A DNA stretch of 64,000 nt, taken from contig OZ246001.1 in NCBI GenBank assembly GCA_965230295.1, positions 32,001 to 96,000 on the forward strand, read 5' to 3'. Under the pieces are notes generated by a model, which ran no database searches, was not told the DNA's origin, and saw only the letters and a list, made by a program, of their open reading frames with translations. The position numbers and the translations under genes are program-made. This document shows positions 9,901-21,080 of the stretch, piece after piece. The first letter of the stretch is position 1. Every line of letters begins with the position of its first letter. Source of the DNA: Marinicella sp. (GTDB lineage: Bacteria > Pseudomonadota > Gammaproteobacteria > Xanthomonadales > Marinicellaceae).

Positions 9901-10599
9901 TTATTGTGAATTGAGGTTGTGACCTGATGCAGTTGTTGGTTTGATCAACAGGGCTCGGCTTTGAATTGTTTTGCCATGAACCATATGATCAATGACTGAA
10001 CGCATCAAATGATTGATCTCTTTCAGCATCGTTGATGACAGTGGTTGGCCTTTGATGAATTGGCTGAAGGAAGCTGCCGTGCATGTTTTGAGCCGGTCAC
10101 TGACAACCAGGCCATTAACAGGACAAAACGCCACAAAATCTGTCGAATCGATGTGTTTGGGCAAACTCAGCTGATATCCTTGTGAGCAACACAAGCGCCA
10201 TTCAAATTGACGCAAAATCAAGCTGACTTTCGCTGCCGACTGCAACGCCTTGATGGTGCGCGCATACAATTCGAACAACTCGGCGTGGTAGTCTTCATTG
10301 AAAGTTAAGAGCAAGATAAGCTCATTACAATACAACATTGACACATGATTAAGGTAGGCACACACCGGATTAACACCAACCTGTTCAGACTGCACCAAGG
10401 TCTTTAAGTCAGATCGGCCTGAATAACTGATTTGACATTCGATGAAAGGTTGCAACTGACCTTTTACTTTTGATTTTGGGTTTCTGCTGCCCTTGCTGAC
10501 CAAATCTATCACACCCGACTGCTTTCCCAACACTTTGATCAATTCGCTGCTGTCCTTAAATGGCCGCTTGTGCAACACATATGCCTGATCTGAGATCAT
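9901..10599 (-). CDS. recO: DNA repair protein RecO
   Basis: AYVLHKRPFKDSS N-terminus; lies downstream of era. Confidence 0.9.
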   Translation of the reverse strand: MISDQAYVLHKRPFKDSSELIKVLGKQSGVIDLVSKGSRNPKSKVKGQLQPFIECQISYSGRSDLKTLVQSEQVGVNPVCAYLNHVSMLYCNELILLLTFNEDYHAELFELYARTIKALQSAAKVSLILRQFEWRLCCSQGYQLSLPKHIDSTDFVAFCPVNGLVVSDRLKTCTAASFSQFIKGQPLSSTMLKEINHLMRSVIDHMVHGKTIQSRALLIKPTTASGHNLNSQ

Positions 10600-10611
10600 T
10601 GTGCTTAATTC

Positions 10612-11550
10612 TTACTGATCTTTAAAATCATCATTATAGCCCAAAGCTTCAATGGCTCTGATGTCATCAGTCCAGGAAGACTTGACTTTCACCCACAGCT
10701 TTAAATTAACCTTGGCATCTATAAACGCCTGTATTTCTTGTCTGGCCTTGATTCCAATTTGTTTTATGGCCTCACCCTTAGAACCAATGATGATGCGTTT
10801 TTGGTTGTTCCTTTCAACCCATATATTGGCATGGATGTGGTGAGTCTGACCTTTAATCTCATAGGCTTCAATATTGACCGTCACACTGTATGGCAATTCC
10901 TGATGAAAGCGATCCATCAACTGTTCCCGGATCAATTCAGTGATAAAAAACCGGGTTGACCGGTCTGAAATTTGCTCCTCATCGAACATAGGCTCACCCA
11001 CCGGCAAGTAATCATGAATGACATCCAATAACGGTTCAACATGCTTATTCTTTAACGCACTGATGTAATGAATGGCATCAAAATCAAAATCTTGCATGAT
11101 CTTTTCAACAAATGGGATCATCTGTTCTTTGTGCTTAACTTTATCAACTTTATTGACCACCAGGATCTTTTTTGCATTTGATTGTGCCATCACTTTGGCA
11201 GCCCGTAAATCTTCGTCAGTCCATTTCAAAGCTTCAACCAAAAACAACAGCACATCAACGCCATGTGAAGATGACTGGGCAGTTTGATTTAAATGCTTGT
11301 TCAATGCAGTGCCCTTTTGGTTATGAATTCCAGGCGTGTCAATGAATACCATTTGTCCACGATCAGTGGAGTGGATGGCCAAAATTTGATGTCTGGTGGT
11401 TTGGGGCTTATGCGAGACAATAGACAGTTTTTGCTGTAAAACTTGATTGATTAAAGTGGACTTACCCACATTCGGGCGACCTATGACTGTCACATACCCT
11501 GCTTTATAGTTTTCAACCATTCCGTCATGGCTTCCTGATTCGACCATCAT
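10612..11550 (-). CDS. era: GTPase Era
   Basis: GRPNVGKST, DTPG, NKVD, KH domain. Confidence 0.97.
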   Translation of the reverse strand: MMVESGSHDGMVENYKAGYVTVIGRPNVGKSTLINQVLQQKLSIVSHKPQTTRHQILAIHSTDRGQMVFIDTPGIHNQKGTALNKHLNQTAQSSSHGVDVLLFLVEALKWTDEDLRAAKVMAQSNAKKILVVNKVDKVKHKEQMIPFVEKIMQDFDFDAIHYISALKNKHVEPLLDVIHDYLPVGEPMFDEEQISDRSTRFFITELIREQLMDRFHQELPYSVTVNIEAYEIKGQTHHIHANIWVERNNQKRIIIGSKGEAIKQIGIKARQEIQAFIDAKVNLKLWVKVKSSWTDDIRAIEALGYNDDFKDQ

Positions 11551-12206
11551 GTTGCCTTTAATGACTCAATGATTTTGTGGGCTGCAGACTGTTCTGCTTT
11601 TTTAATCGAGCTGCCTGTAGATACAATGGACAATTTGAGTTCATTGACCATGCACTGAACCTTGAATTTAATTTCATTGTTGACTTCAATTTCTTCAATG
11701 GTTTGGTAGACGGGTAAAGGTAAACCTTGTTGTTGGAGTATCTCTTGCAGTTCAGATTTGGGGTCTTTTTTGATCAACTCAGGATTGATGTCTTGTAACC
11801 AAGGTTGCATCACAGCTTCAATGAAAGATTTGGCTTGGGCATACCCTTGATCCAATAATACAGCGCCAAACACAGCTTCTACTGCATCTGCCAACACCGA
11901 GGATTTATTCACTCCACCAGATTTAATTTCACCGGGTCCAAGTTTAATCATTTGGCCCAAATGGTAGTGACGGCCTACTGCTGCCAAGGTTTTTCCTTTT
12001 ACCAACTGAGAACGCAACCGCGACAATTCACCTTCAGTTAAATCAGGGTATTGTTGGAATAAATAGGTGGAAATGACCAGAGATAAGATAGAGTCGCCCA
12101 AAAACTCCAACCTTTCATTATTCTGCTTGCCAGCGCTTCTGTGTGTAAGGGCTTGTTTAATCCAATCAGCATCCTGCCAATCAATTTTTTGACCCAAGAT
12201 TTTCAA
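11547..12206 (-). CDS. rnc: Ribonuclease III
   Basis: NNERLEFLGDS signature and dsRBD; TTG start. Confidence 0.97.
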   Translation of the reverse strand: MKILGQKIDWQDADWIKQALTHRSAGKQNNERLEFLGDSILSLVISTYLFQQYPDLTEGELSRLRSQLVKGKTLAAVGRHYHLGQMIKLGPGEIKSGGVNKSSVLADAVEAVFGAVLLDQGYAQAKSFIEAVMQPWLQDINPELIKKDPKSELQEILQQQGLPLPVYQTIEEIEVNNEIKFKVQCMVNELKLSIVSTGSSIKKAEQSAAHKIIESLKAT

Positions 12207-12216
12207 TGTCTTGTCT

Positions 12217-12576
12217 TTAATTCAAAGGCACACTTTCTTCGAATTTTATTCTGAAAGATAAGTTTCCAATGAATTCTTTTTCTACGTCATATTTAACACG
12301 TAGCTCACGACCATTGCCCCTGACCACTTTGAAGTCACCAGGTTTAACTTGGTCAACATAACTGACGTATAACAATTTAGTAATCCTGCTTTTAATTTCA
12401 CCTGGAGACGGGTTACCACCCTCATCAGCCACAGTCTTCATGGCTTTTACCACTGACATATGGTCCATATAAACCGGTCCAATTTGCATACCTGCATACA
12501 GAAAAAAGCCTAAAACACCCAAAACAAAGACAAATCCTATTAATGTGATTCCCTGTGCTTTTTTTAATGATTTCAT
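12217..12576 (-). CDS. DUF4845 family protein
   Basis: Prepilin-like N-terminus QGITLIG; conserved position between lepB and rnc. Confidence 0.85.
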   Translation of the reverse strand: MKSLKKAQGITLIGFVFVLGVLGFFLYAGMQIGPVYMDHMSVVKAMKTVADEGGNPSPGEIKSRITKLLYVSYVDQVKPGDFKVVRGNGRELRVKYDVEKEFIGNLSFRIKFEESVPLN

Positions 12577-12649
12577 AGTTTTACCTCATTTATAAGACGT
12601 ATTTAATGTAATTTCATAGGAATTATTATCAATTGCCATCAAACCAATG

Positions 12650-13447
12650 TCAAATAATCTTCGTTCCAATCCTTTTCAAGCCTTCCCAAAAATTTGGAAT
12701 GCGCCAATGCATCCAAATAAATTGCGCTTTACCAACCAAGTTTCTTTCTGGGACAAACCCCCATTCCCTGCTATCCTTGGAGTTGTCTCGATTGTCTCCC
12801 ATGACGAAGTAATGTCCAGCTGGTACTGTCACGCGGGTGTTTCTGAAATTATGTCGTGCACCATTGATGGTTAACATTTTATGACCAGTTTCTGTCAGAT
12901 ATTCAGTTTTCTCAACATTTCGCACCCGTTCATAATTGCCATCGAGGAAACCTTCATACTGACCATCTACATTTTGCTTGACTGGGTCTCCATTGATGTA
13001 CACCATCTTCTTCTTGGTGTCATAGTACAACTCATCACCCGGTAAACCGATGACTCTTTTGATGTAATCATCCTTTTGATTGGGTGGGTACCTAAAAACC
13101 ACCACATCCCCCCTTTCCGGATGACCAACCTCAATGATGGTGCCATGTGTTACCGGCATTTTCAGCCCATAAGAAAATTTATTGACGTAAATAAAATCTC
13201 CCGTTAACAAGGTCGGCATCATCGATCCGGACGGAATACGAAATGGTTCAAATACAAAAGTCCTGATCACCAAAACGAAGATAAAAACAGGAAAAAACGA
13301 ATACCCAAAGGAAATGATCGAAGTCATGATGCTCTTCGACTCAGGTTCTTTGCCTCTGTACTTAAACTTACCAATCAACCACATCACCAGGGTGATGGCA
13401 CTGGCCAAAGTTAAAAAGGCCTCAAAATCAAAATGTATTTCATTCAC
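12650..13447 (-). CDS. lepB: Signal peptidase I
   Basis: IPSGSMMPTL, DYIKRVIGLPGD, GDNRDNSKDSR. Confidence 0.97.
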   Translation of the reverse strand: MNEIHFDFEAFLTLASAITLVMWLIGKFKYRGKEPESKSIMTSIISFGYSFFPVFIFVLVIRTFVFEPFRIPSGSMMPTLLTGDFIYVNKFSYGLKMPVTHGTIIEVGHPERGDVVVFRYPPNQKDDYIKRVIGLPGDELYYDTKKKMVYINGDPVKQNVDGQYEGFLDGNYERVRNVEKTEYLTETGHKMLTINGARHNFRNTRVTVPAGHYFVMGDNRDNSKDSREWGFVPERNLVGKAQFIWMHWRIPNFWEGLKRIGTKII

Positions 13448-13460
13448 TGGGGGTTGTCCT

Positions 13461-15245
13461 CTATTTATCTACTTTTAATACTGCCAGAAACGCTTCTTGT
13501 GGTACTTCAACACGACCAATCTGCTTCATTCGTTTTTTACCGGCCTTTTGTTTTTCTAACAACTTTTTCTTTCGTGTGGCATCACCGCCATAACACTTGG
13601 CAGTTACATTTTTCCGCAAGGCTTTGACCGTTGTCCTTGCAATGATTTGCGAACCAATGGCTGCTTGAATGGCCACATCAAACATCTGACGAGGAATGAG
13701 TTCTTTCAGTCGTTCAGTCAAATCCCGACCTCGTCGTTGTGCATTTTCGCGGTGAGTTAGGACCGATAAAGCATCAACCCGCTCTCCATTAATCAAAACA
13801 TCCAACCTAATGAATGGGCCTGCCAAATAATGGCTGAATTCATATTCAAATGAAGCATAACCGCGACTGACTGATTTCAGCCTATCAAAGAAATCAAGTA
13901 CCACCTCACTCAAAGGTAAGTCAAAGGTCAATTGAACTTGGTTACCCAAGTATTGCATGTTTTTTTGAACGCCGCGTTTTTCAATACACAAACTGATGAC
14001 TGAACCGACATAATCTTGTGGCAATAAAATATTGGCGGTGATGATGGGTTCTCTGATTTCCTCAAACATCGGTGGCAAGTCTGCCGGGTTATCTAACATC
14101 ACTTGATTGCCACCCTTGTCTATCATTTCATAAACCACTGTGGGTGCTGTGGTGACCAAATCGATATCAAATTCACGTTCAATGCGTTCTTGAATGACTT
14201 CCATGTGCAACATGCCTAAGAAGCCACAGCGAAAACCAAAACCCAAAGCCGTTGAAGACTCAGGTTCAAAAGTTAAAGAGGCATCATTCAGACGAAGTTT
14301 TTCTAAAGCTTCTCGCAAATCCTGGTAATCATCTGCTGAAGTCGGAAACAAGCCTGCAAATACCCTGGGTTGTGACTCCATAAATCCTGCCAAGGGTTCT
14401 TTGGCTGGGTTTTGTGTGAGGGTGATGGTATCACCAACAGGCGCACCATGTACGTCTTTTATGGAAGCACTTAAATAACCAACTTCACCACATAACAGGC
14501 CTTGGCCAGGTGTTCTTTTGGGGGTGAACTTACCCAGGCCTTCCACCAATTGGTCGGTTTTCAGCGACATGATCTGAATCTTGTCTTTGACTTTTAATTC
14601 ACCGTTGAATATCCTGATCAAAGAAACCACACCCAGGTAATTATCAAACCATGAGTCGATGATGGAAGCTTGTAGGGGTTCAGCTGGAGACCCTGAGGGT
14701 GCTGGAATGAGTTCGGCGATCGCTTCTAGAACCGACTCAATGCCTTGTCCAGTTTTGGCAGATACCAACAAAGCATCCGAGGCATCAATTCCAATGATTT
14801 CTTCAATCTCTTGTTTTACCCGTTCAATGTCTGCAGAGGGTAAATCAATTTTATTGATCACAGGGATCACCTCTAAACCCATTTCTATTGCGGTGTAACA
14901 ATTGGCCACTGATTGCGCCTCAACACCTTGAGCGGCATCAACAACCAATAAGGCGCCTTCACAGGCTGCCAATGATCTTGAAACTTCATATGAAAAATCC
15001 ACATGCCCAGGGGTATCAATCAGGTTGTATTGATACACTTCACCAGAGTTTGATTTGAACTCCAAACACACGGCTTGAGATTTGATGGTGATTCCGCGTT
15101 CTCGCTCAATGTCCATACTGTCCAAAACCTGTTTGTCCATTTCGCGCTCTGACAAACCACCGCAAACCTGAATAAAACGGTCAGCTAAGGTCGATTTGCC
15201 ATGATCAATGTGGGCAATGATGGAAAAGTTACGAATATTTTTCAT
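13461..15245 (-). CDS. lepA: Elongation factor 4
   Basis: [38 protein letters not shown]. Confidence 0.98.
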   Translation of the reverse strand: MKNIRNFSIIAHIDHGKSTLADRFIQVCGGLSEREMDKQVLDSMDIERERGITIKSQAVCLEFKSNSGEVYQYNLIDTPGHVDFSYEVSRSLAACEGALLVVDAAQGVEAQSVANCYTAIEMGLEVIPVINKIDLPSADIERVKQEIEEIIGIDASDALLVSAKTGQGIESVLEAIAELIPAPSGSPAEPLQASIIDSWFDNYLGVVSLIRIFNGELKVKDKIQIMSLKTDQLVEGLGKFTPKRTPGQGLLCGEVGYLSASIKDVHGAPVGDTITLTQNPAKEPLAGFMESQPRVFAGLFPTSADDYQDLREALEKLRLNDASLTFEPESSTALGFGFRCGFLGMLHMEVIQERIEREFDIDLVTTAPTVVYEMIDKGGNQVMLDNPADLPPMFEEIREPIITANILLPQDYVGSVISLCIEKRGVQKNMQYLGNQVQLTFDLPLSEVVLDFFDRLKSVSRGYASFEYEFSHYLAGPFIRLDVLINGERVDALSVLTHRENAQRRGRDLTERLKELIPRQMFDVAIQAAIGSQIIARTTVKALRKNVTAKCYGGDATRKKKLLEKQKAGKKRMKQIGRVEVPQEAFLAVLKVDK

Positions 15246-15308
15246 GGGTTAGTATGGGTTCACTCATCAGCGAGACCAGTTTTAATGATTATCTGGCCCC
15301 TAAAAACA

Positions 15309-15337
15309 ACAAATCCCATGGGGCTCATGGGATTTGT
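15309..15337 (-). terminator. Hairpin between mucD and lepA (probable terminator)
   Basis: acaaatcccatg-gggct-catgggatttgt, 12-bp stem with adjacent A-rich tract. Confidence 0.55.
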
Positions 15338-15359
15338 GGGTATTTTATACTGTAAATGC

Positions 15360-16754
15360 TTAGCGTTCAATCACTATAAAGGTATTCCCGGCACCTCGTT
15401 TAACCAATAAAACCAAAGATTCATCATCATCCAAGTCGTCAATGGCATCACTGAAATCTGATAAATCAGCGATGTCATTTTTACCAATCCTCTTGATCAC
15501 ATCCCCTACCCTTAAATTGGCACGCTCAATGTCTTTCTCAGTGATGTCGGTCACGATCACTCCTGATGTTTCACCGGTTCTTTCTTTATCCTGTTCAGAC
15601 AGCTTACTGACTGAGAATCCGATACCGGCCTGAACTTGTTCATTCCCGCTGGCTGATGTACTGGCCTGTAGGTTGTCATTGAATATACCCAGTACAGCAG
15701 TCAAATCTTTGACCTTTCCGTCTCTGAACACTTGTAAAGACACTTCGGTATCTGGCATCACACTGCCGACCACTGGTGGTAAAGATTGTCTGGTTTTGAT
15801 GGATTTTCCATTGAAACTAACGATGACATCACCGACTTCTACACCTGCTTTTTGTGCAGCACTGTTTTCAGAGACTTGATTAACCAGCGCACCCATGGGT
15901 TTATCCATGCCTAAATAATCAGCCATGGCTTGATTGACATCATCAATACCCACACCAAGCAAACCACGTTTCACAACTCCATTGGCTTGTAGCTGATTGG
16001 CTACGTTCATGGCGACGTCTATGGGCACAGAAAAGGAGATCCCCATGTAGCCACCTGTGTTAGAAAAGATCAAAGTGTTGATACCGACCACTTCACCATC
16101 TAAATTGATCAATGGTCCACCTGAGTTACCCCTATTAATGGGAACGTCTGATTGAATGTATGGGACGTATTGTTGTGAGCCGATTTGCCTACCTTTGGCA
16201 CTGATGATGCCCTTAGTGATTGAATTTTCGAAACTCAATGGCGAGCCAATGGCCATCACCCATTCACCAATTTCCAGATCATCAGACTCAGCCAATTTTA
16301 AAGTTGGAAAATCTTTACCTGTGATTTTCAAAACTGCAATGTCACTGGCTTCATCTTCACCCACCAATTCAGCTTCAAATTCACGGCGATCCATCAAGGT
16401 AACAATGATTTTATCTGCACCTTCAACCACATGTCGGTTGGTCAAAATGGTACCATCTTTAGAAATGATGAAACCTGAACCCCCAGACACACGGTCTCTG
16501 TTTTGTGGTTGATTTGGAATACCAAAAAAACGATACAGTTCACTGTTTGGGTCTGCCGTAGTGTCTGCATTTTCATCAGCATTGTCTCGTGCCACAATGT
16601 TAACCACTGCCGGACCAGTTCGTTTGGCCAAATCTGTAAAGTTGGGTAATGTCATTTCAGCAGCCATCACTGTCGCGCTTAATGACCAAATTGAAATAAG
16701 TAACAATAGTTTTCTCATTATAAACTCCTTCATATAGGTAAACTTAACGATCAT
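15360..16754 (-). CDS. mucD: DegP/MucD periplasmic serine protease with 2 PDZ domains (true start probably at MRKLLLL, 16718)
   Basis: TNRHV, DIAVLK, GNSGGPL catalytic triad; lies in the rpoE operon. Confidence 0.9.
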   Translation of the reverse strand: MIVKFTYMKEFIMRKLLLLISIWSLSATVMAAEMTLPNFTDLAKRTGPAVVNIVARDNADENADTTADPNSELYRFFGIPNQPQNRDRVSGGSGFIISKDGTILTNRHVVEGADKIIVTLMDRREFEAELVGEDEASDIAVLKITGKDFPTLKLAESDDLEIGEWVMAIGSPLSFENSITKGIISAKGRQIGSQQYVPYIQSDVPINRGNSGGPLINLDGEVVGINTLIFSNTGGYMGISFSVPIDVAMNVANQLQANGVVKRGLLGVGIDDVNQAMADYLGMDKPMGALVNQVSENSAAQKAGVEVGDVIVSFNGKSIKTRQSLPPVVGSVMPDTEVSLQVFRDGKVKDLTAVLGIFNDNLQASTSASGNEQVQAGIGFSVSKLSEQDKERTGETSGVIVTDITEKDIERANLRVGDVIKRIGKNDIADLSDFSDAIDDLDDDESLVLLVKRGAGNTFIVIER

Positions 16755-16803
16755 GTGTTTTAAAATGCTATAGACTGCCAGTTGCAGCCTTAGTGCCAGT
16801 GAT

Positions 16804-17268
16804 TTATAAAATCGTGACTTTCGGCCTAAATTTCAAGGGTTTAATCAATGAATCAGATTGTGACATGAAGAAAACAATGATCAACCCTAAAACAAAGCCG
16901 ATTGCAGCTGACAAATCAGCTGACCACTGATTCAGTTGCCCCAAAAAATGACCTGCACTTAACATCAGTAAGACAATCATCAGTGGAACTAAATACAACA
17001 AAGCACTTGATTTCATCAAATCCTGATTGTTGATGTTGATACTGACCAGTTGATCCAACAGCTTGGGTTTATGGAACAGGTCATTCTTATCAACCACCTT
17101 ATATTGTGAGGCGTTTTTGTCCAGGGTGAAATGATTTTTCCGCAAGGCGAATAAATCAACCAATGGTTCATTACAATTGGCAGGACAATTGGCGCATTTT
17201 TCTGCTTTAATTAATTGCAAAGTGATGGCACGGTGGTTGCGGGCCACCACCCTACCTAATCGCTTCAT
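16804..17268 (-). CDS. rseC: RseC/MucC family protein
   Basis: N-terminal CxxCxxxC, LLYLVPL, two TM helices; operon position. Confidence 0.75.
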   Translation of the reverse strand: MKRLGRVVARNHRAITLQLIKAEKCANCPANCNEPLVDLFALRKNHFTLDKNASQYKVVDKNDLFHKPKLLDQLVSININNQDLMKSSALLYLVPLMIVLLMLSAGHFLGQLNQWSADLSAAIGFVLGLIIVFFMSQSDSLIKPLKFRPKVTIL

Positions 17269-17858
17269 TCTTCCGCAGTATTTTGTCGTGCTTTTTGCTG
17301 GGACTGTTGAATCAATCTATTGGCATATTCAGTGTTGTAATAGACCGGAATTTGAGGCTTGTAATTACTCTCTGTCAAATACTGCTGAATCTGCGGAGTT
17401 AAAGAAGGGTAACGGGTAAAGCCTGTGGGTTGTTCTACACGAACCACTTGGGCGTTGGGAGGCTTGATCAGTTGTTCAGCGGTTTTGGCATAAACGGGCA
17501 CACCCTCGCTGACCGGTGTTATTTGGTTTTGGTTGAATGTAAAGACCGCAACCAAAGCCACCGATGCAGCAATGGCTGTACCTGTAACAGATTTCACCCA
17601 TCCAGAGAATTTTCCTGTTTCATTAACTTCATCCAATGCCACACCTTGTTGAAGTTCTTTGACTACTGACGCACCTAAATTTTCCATCAGCGGCGCATCA
17701 TTATCTTGTTGTAAACAAGAACGCAGCATATGGTAACTGTTCCAACTGGATTGCAATGAATCATCAGATTGCATGCGTTTTAACAGAAAACGGCTACAAT
17801 CATTGGACAATTCACCATCCATCAACTCAGAAATATTTTGTTTTGACTTATCTGACAT
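17265..17858 (-). CDS. rseA: Anti-sigma-E factor RseA/MucA
   Basis: ISELMDGEL...WNSYHMLRSCL N-domain; AIAASVA TM. Confidence 0.9.
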   Translation of the reverse strand: MSDKSKQNISELMDGELSNDCSRFLLKRMQSDDSLQSSWNSYHMLRSCLQQDNDAPLMENLGASVVKELQQGVALDEVNETGKFSGWVKSVTGTAIAASVALVAVFTFNQNQITPVSEGVPVYAKTAEQLIKPPNAQVVRVEQPTGFTRYPSLTPQIQQYLTESNYKPQIPVYYNTEYANRLIQQSQQKARQNTAEE

Positions 17859-18477
17859 TTTGCTTTCTCAAACTCTCATCTTCTAACAGAGGACGCAATG
17901 CCAAATCAATGGCATCACGGGCTCTGAAAATTCTTGATCTTACTGTACCTATTGGGCAATCCATTTGTTCAGCTATTTCTTCATAGCTGAGGCCGTCAAC
18001 TTCTCTCAACACGATGGCCTTTTTTAAATCTTCTGGCAATTGTGCAATGGCTTTTGACATGGTTTGTTCTAACTCTCCGCGTGAATAGACCGCATCAGGC
18101 GTATCTAAGTTCCGGTGGTCTTCATTGCTGACGAAAGATTCGGCATCTTCGTATTCAACCTGGGTGTTTTGTATTCTTCTTGATTTTGCCACCAAATGAT
18201 TTTTTGAGGTATTAACAGCAATGCGATAGATCCAAGTATAAAATGAACTGTCACCTCGAAAATTTGGTAACGCTCGAAAAACCTTGATGAACACTTCTTG
18301 TGCCACATCTTGAATTTCATGGCGGTCTTTAATGAATTTTGCAATCACATTGGCTACTTTTTGCTGATATCGATTAACCAGCAGTTCAAAGGCAGCCATT
18401 TTTCCCTGTTTGGCTTGTTCGACCAATTCTGCATCCAATGTTTTTTCTGACATCTTATCCTGATTATTTGAATTCAT
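17848..18477 (-). CDS. rpoE: RNA polymerase sigma-E (likely start 18453, MSEK)
   Basis: FRGDSSFYTWIYRIAVNT, CPIGTVRSRIFRAR. Confidence 0.96.
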   Translation of the reverse strand: MNSNNQDKMSEKTLDAELVEQAKQGKMAAFELLVNRYQQKVANVIAKFIKDRHEIQDVAQEVFIKVFRALPNFRGDSSFYTWIYRIAVNTSKNHLVAKSRRIQNTQVEYEDAESFVSNEDHRNLDTPDAVYSRGELEQTMSKAIAQLPEDLKKAIVLREVDGLSYEEIAEQMDCPIGTVRSRIFRARDAIDLALRPLLEDESLRKQNVR

Positions 18478-18489
18478 TTAATTGCCTGC

Positions 18490-18517
18490 TTGGACTGCAC
18501 TGATCCGTAAATAGTTC
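18490..18517 (-). promoter_or_regulatory. Putative sigma-E autoregulatory promoter GAACTA-N17-TCCAA
   Basis: Near match to the RpoE/AlgU consensus GAACTT-N16/17-TCnnA directly upstream of rpoE. Confidence 0.6.
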
Positions 18518-18524
18518 ATTGCTT

Positions 18525-21080
18525 TTAATTATTTTTTAATATTTTTGCACGTTGAGACAGAATCCTTTCAATTTCTTTGGCCGGTACAGGTCTACAATAC
18601 AAATACCCTTGGAAATAATCACAGCCTTTTTGTGACAAATACAACCTTTGCTCTTCAGTTTCCACACCTTCAGCAACAATGTAATGTCCAACACGCTTTG
18701 CCATATCTATGGTTGCATCTAAAATCGCTTCATCGTCTGGACTGAGACCAATGTTTTTGACAAACACCTGGTCAATCTTCAATGTTTTTGCTGGTATTTT
18801 ACGCAAATAGTCTAATGTTGAATGGCCCGTACCAAAATCATCAATTGACAAAGTACAACCCAAGTTAACCAGCTTTTTAAACATCAACAAGGCATCTTTA
18901 ACACTTTTGAATTTCTCGCTCTCGGTTATTTCAAAATCCAAGTGCTTAGAATAAATACCTGATCTGTCAATGATCTGACTGATTTTTTCAGTCAAATTTT
19001 TATCATTCAATTGAACGGGCGATAAGTTCACTGACATGGTCAGTGGCAGGTTATAAGTTCTTTGCCATTTCTTTAATGTTCGGCAGGATTTTTCAATCAC
19101 CAGCAGGCCAATTTGGTGAATCAAATCAGATTGCTCTGCCAAGGGAATGAATAATCCAGGGCTGATGATTCCCAATTCCGGATGTTCCCACCTAACCAAG
19201 GCTTCAAAGCCCATGATGTCTTCGGTGTTGGCGTCTATTTTTGGCTGAAAATATACATCTATCTGACCATTTTCAATCGCCATTTGAAGGTTTTTGACCA
19301 TCTCCTCATTTTGTTTGGCATGGTCACCATCCAAAGTGTCGTCATAAATGGTAAATCGATTCTTACCATTCAATTTTGCATCATACAAAGCGATATCGGC
19401 ATGCTTAATCAACTTGTTTACAGTTTGACCATGTTTAGGAAAGTGAGTGATTCCCAAACTGATGGTTAAATTGATTTCACTGCCATTTCTTAATTTAATG
19501 GGATTGGCGACTGATTTTAAGATTGATTTGGCAATTTGGTTGGTTTTATTTTCATCGACGTCTTTATACAACAGAATTAAAAACTCATCACCCGCATAAC
19601 GGGCAGCTACACCATAGCCATTCACATGTTTTTTCAGGATTTGTGCAATGTTAACCAGCACATCATCACCGACATCATGCCCCAGTGAATCATTGATTAC
19701 TTTGAATCGATCCAGATCCAAAAACATAACAGCCATAAAACTGGGGCTACTTTCAATGGTTTGTTCAATCGCTTTAACAATATAACGCCGGTTCAACAAA
19801 TTTGTTAAAACATCATACTGGCTTTCAGATTCATGAGACTTCTGCAAAACTTTGAACGCCATAGATTGCTTGTAGTGCAATGACAGTTGTTGAAACAACA
19901 GTTTTAAGGTCGACCACTTTTTAGGTTTTTCAACACAACCACACACCAAAACGGCTTCATTGTCTTCATCAACAGAACATTTTGAAACTAAAAAAGCATT
20001 GATTGAATAGAAACTAAGAAAGTCATCGCCCGGAATGTTCTCATAGGCTTTGTCTTCAACAGAATAAGTTCCATTATTTTGAATCTTCCGCATCACAAAA
20101 TCATGGTTACCAGTGATGAACTTTTGGGCAAAATTACTTAAGGAGCAATCCCATATCACATCGTTGAAATAACCAGACCGGTCTTTTCTGACGATGAAAC
20201 AAAAATCAAAATGGGCCCATTTCAACAACTCCTTCATGGAACTTGTTTGTTGTGTATTATCGAAGTCCAAGGTGGTCACCAAGGTCAGGTAGTTGAGAAA
20301 CCTTTGTTGATATACCTGTTCTGTTCGGTCATGCAATTCAGCCAAGTAATAGGAGTCATCACCAATAGATATGTAATTAATGCGCAGTATGATGGCTTTA
20401 TAGCCGCCACCAAAATCAATTTGTAGTTTCTCTTTGATCTGTCCCTTTTCAGTTAAGTCAGATTTCAATTTTTCAATGGTACTGATGTCCTTGGCTTCTA
20501 TCAACTCATACCAAACCTTTCCTTCAAGAACCGTTTCATCAATACCAAAAACTGTTTTGATTGATTCATTGATGTGTTGAATTTTATGGTCTGAAACGCT
20601 GATCAATACTTGTGGTAAACCAGAGGGTTGAAAATAATGGGTTAAGAACACCTCCAGTTCGTCATGTGATTCTGCCTTTTGTTGATTTAGATCAGGTGAG
20701 GAATTTCCCGCCACCTCTCTGGCTGTGAGTTCATGTTGCATCACCGGCGAAAACAACAATTCATTAACATGGGATCGAATTTCATTGTATTGCTTGGCAT
20801 TCAATCCAATCTGGGTTGACACCAAGCCCACCAATTTTATTCCAGGGTATTTGACTTTAAGGTCTAAGATTTGATTGTTACTTTGGATCCAGTTTTTGGA
20901 GATTTCAAAGATCAATACATCAATTTTGTCATCTTTATTACCCAACATTTCATACATCTGATCTATATCAGTTGCTGTATAAATGGTTTCTGCGTCTAAT
21001 TCGTCGAAGTAATTAAAAAATTGTAACCTGTCTTTCTTTTCACCACAGGCTATCAGTATGTTGCAATTAAGGAAGGTCAT
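18525..21080 (-). CDS. REC-like/PAS/GAF-like/GGDEF/EAL c-di-GMP signalling protein
   Basis: FLDLDRFKVINDSLGHDVGD, AGDEF variant, FEALVRW, EITES, DDFGTGHS, AEGVET; ATG 21080 preferred over the ORF-track start 21122. Confidence 0.9.
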   Translation of the reverse strand: MTFLNCNILIACGEKKDRLQFFNYFDELDAETIYTATDIDQMYEMLGNKDDKIDVLIFEISKNWIQSNNQILDLKVKYPGIKLVGLVSTQIGLNAKQYNEIRSHVNELLFSPVMQHELTAREVAGNSSPDLNQQKAESHDELEVFLTHYFQPSGLPQVLISVSDHKIQHINESIKTVFGIDETVLEGKVWYELIEAKDISTIEKLKSDLTEKGQIKEKLQIDFGGGYKAIILRINYISIGDDSYYLAELHDRTEQVYQQRFLNYLTLVTTLDFDNTQQTSSMKELLKWAHFDFCFIVRKDRSGYFNDVIWDCSLSNFAQKFITGNHDFVMRKIQNNGTYSVEDKAYENIPGDDFLSFYSINAFLVSKCSVDEDNEAVLVCGCVEKPKKWSTLKLLFQQLSLHYKQSMAFKVLQKSHESESQYDVLTNLLNRRYIVKAIEQTIESSPSFMAVMFLDLDRFKVINDSLGHDVGDDVLVNIAQILKKHVNGYGVAARYAGDEFLILLYKDVDENKTNQIAKSILKSVANPIKLRNGSEINLTISLGITHFPKHGQTVNKLIKHADIALYDAKLNGKNRFTIYDDTLDGDHAKQNEEMVKNLQMAIENGQIDVYFQPKIDANTEDIMGFEALVRWEHPELGIISPGLFIPLAEQSDLIHQIGLLVIEKSCRTLKKWQRTYNLPLTMSVNLSPVQLNDKNLTEKISQIIDRSGIYSKHLDFEITESEKFKSVKDALLMFKKLVNLGCTLSIDDFGTGHSTLDYLRKIPAKTLKIDQVFVKNIGLSPDDEAILDATIDMAKRVGHYIVAEGVETEEQRLYLSQKGCDYFQGYLYCRPVPAKEIERILSQRAKILKNN

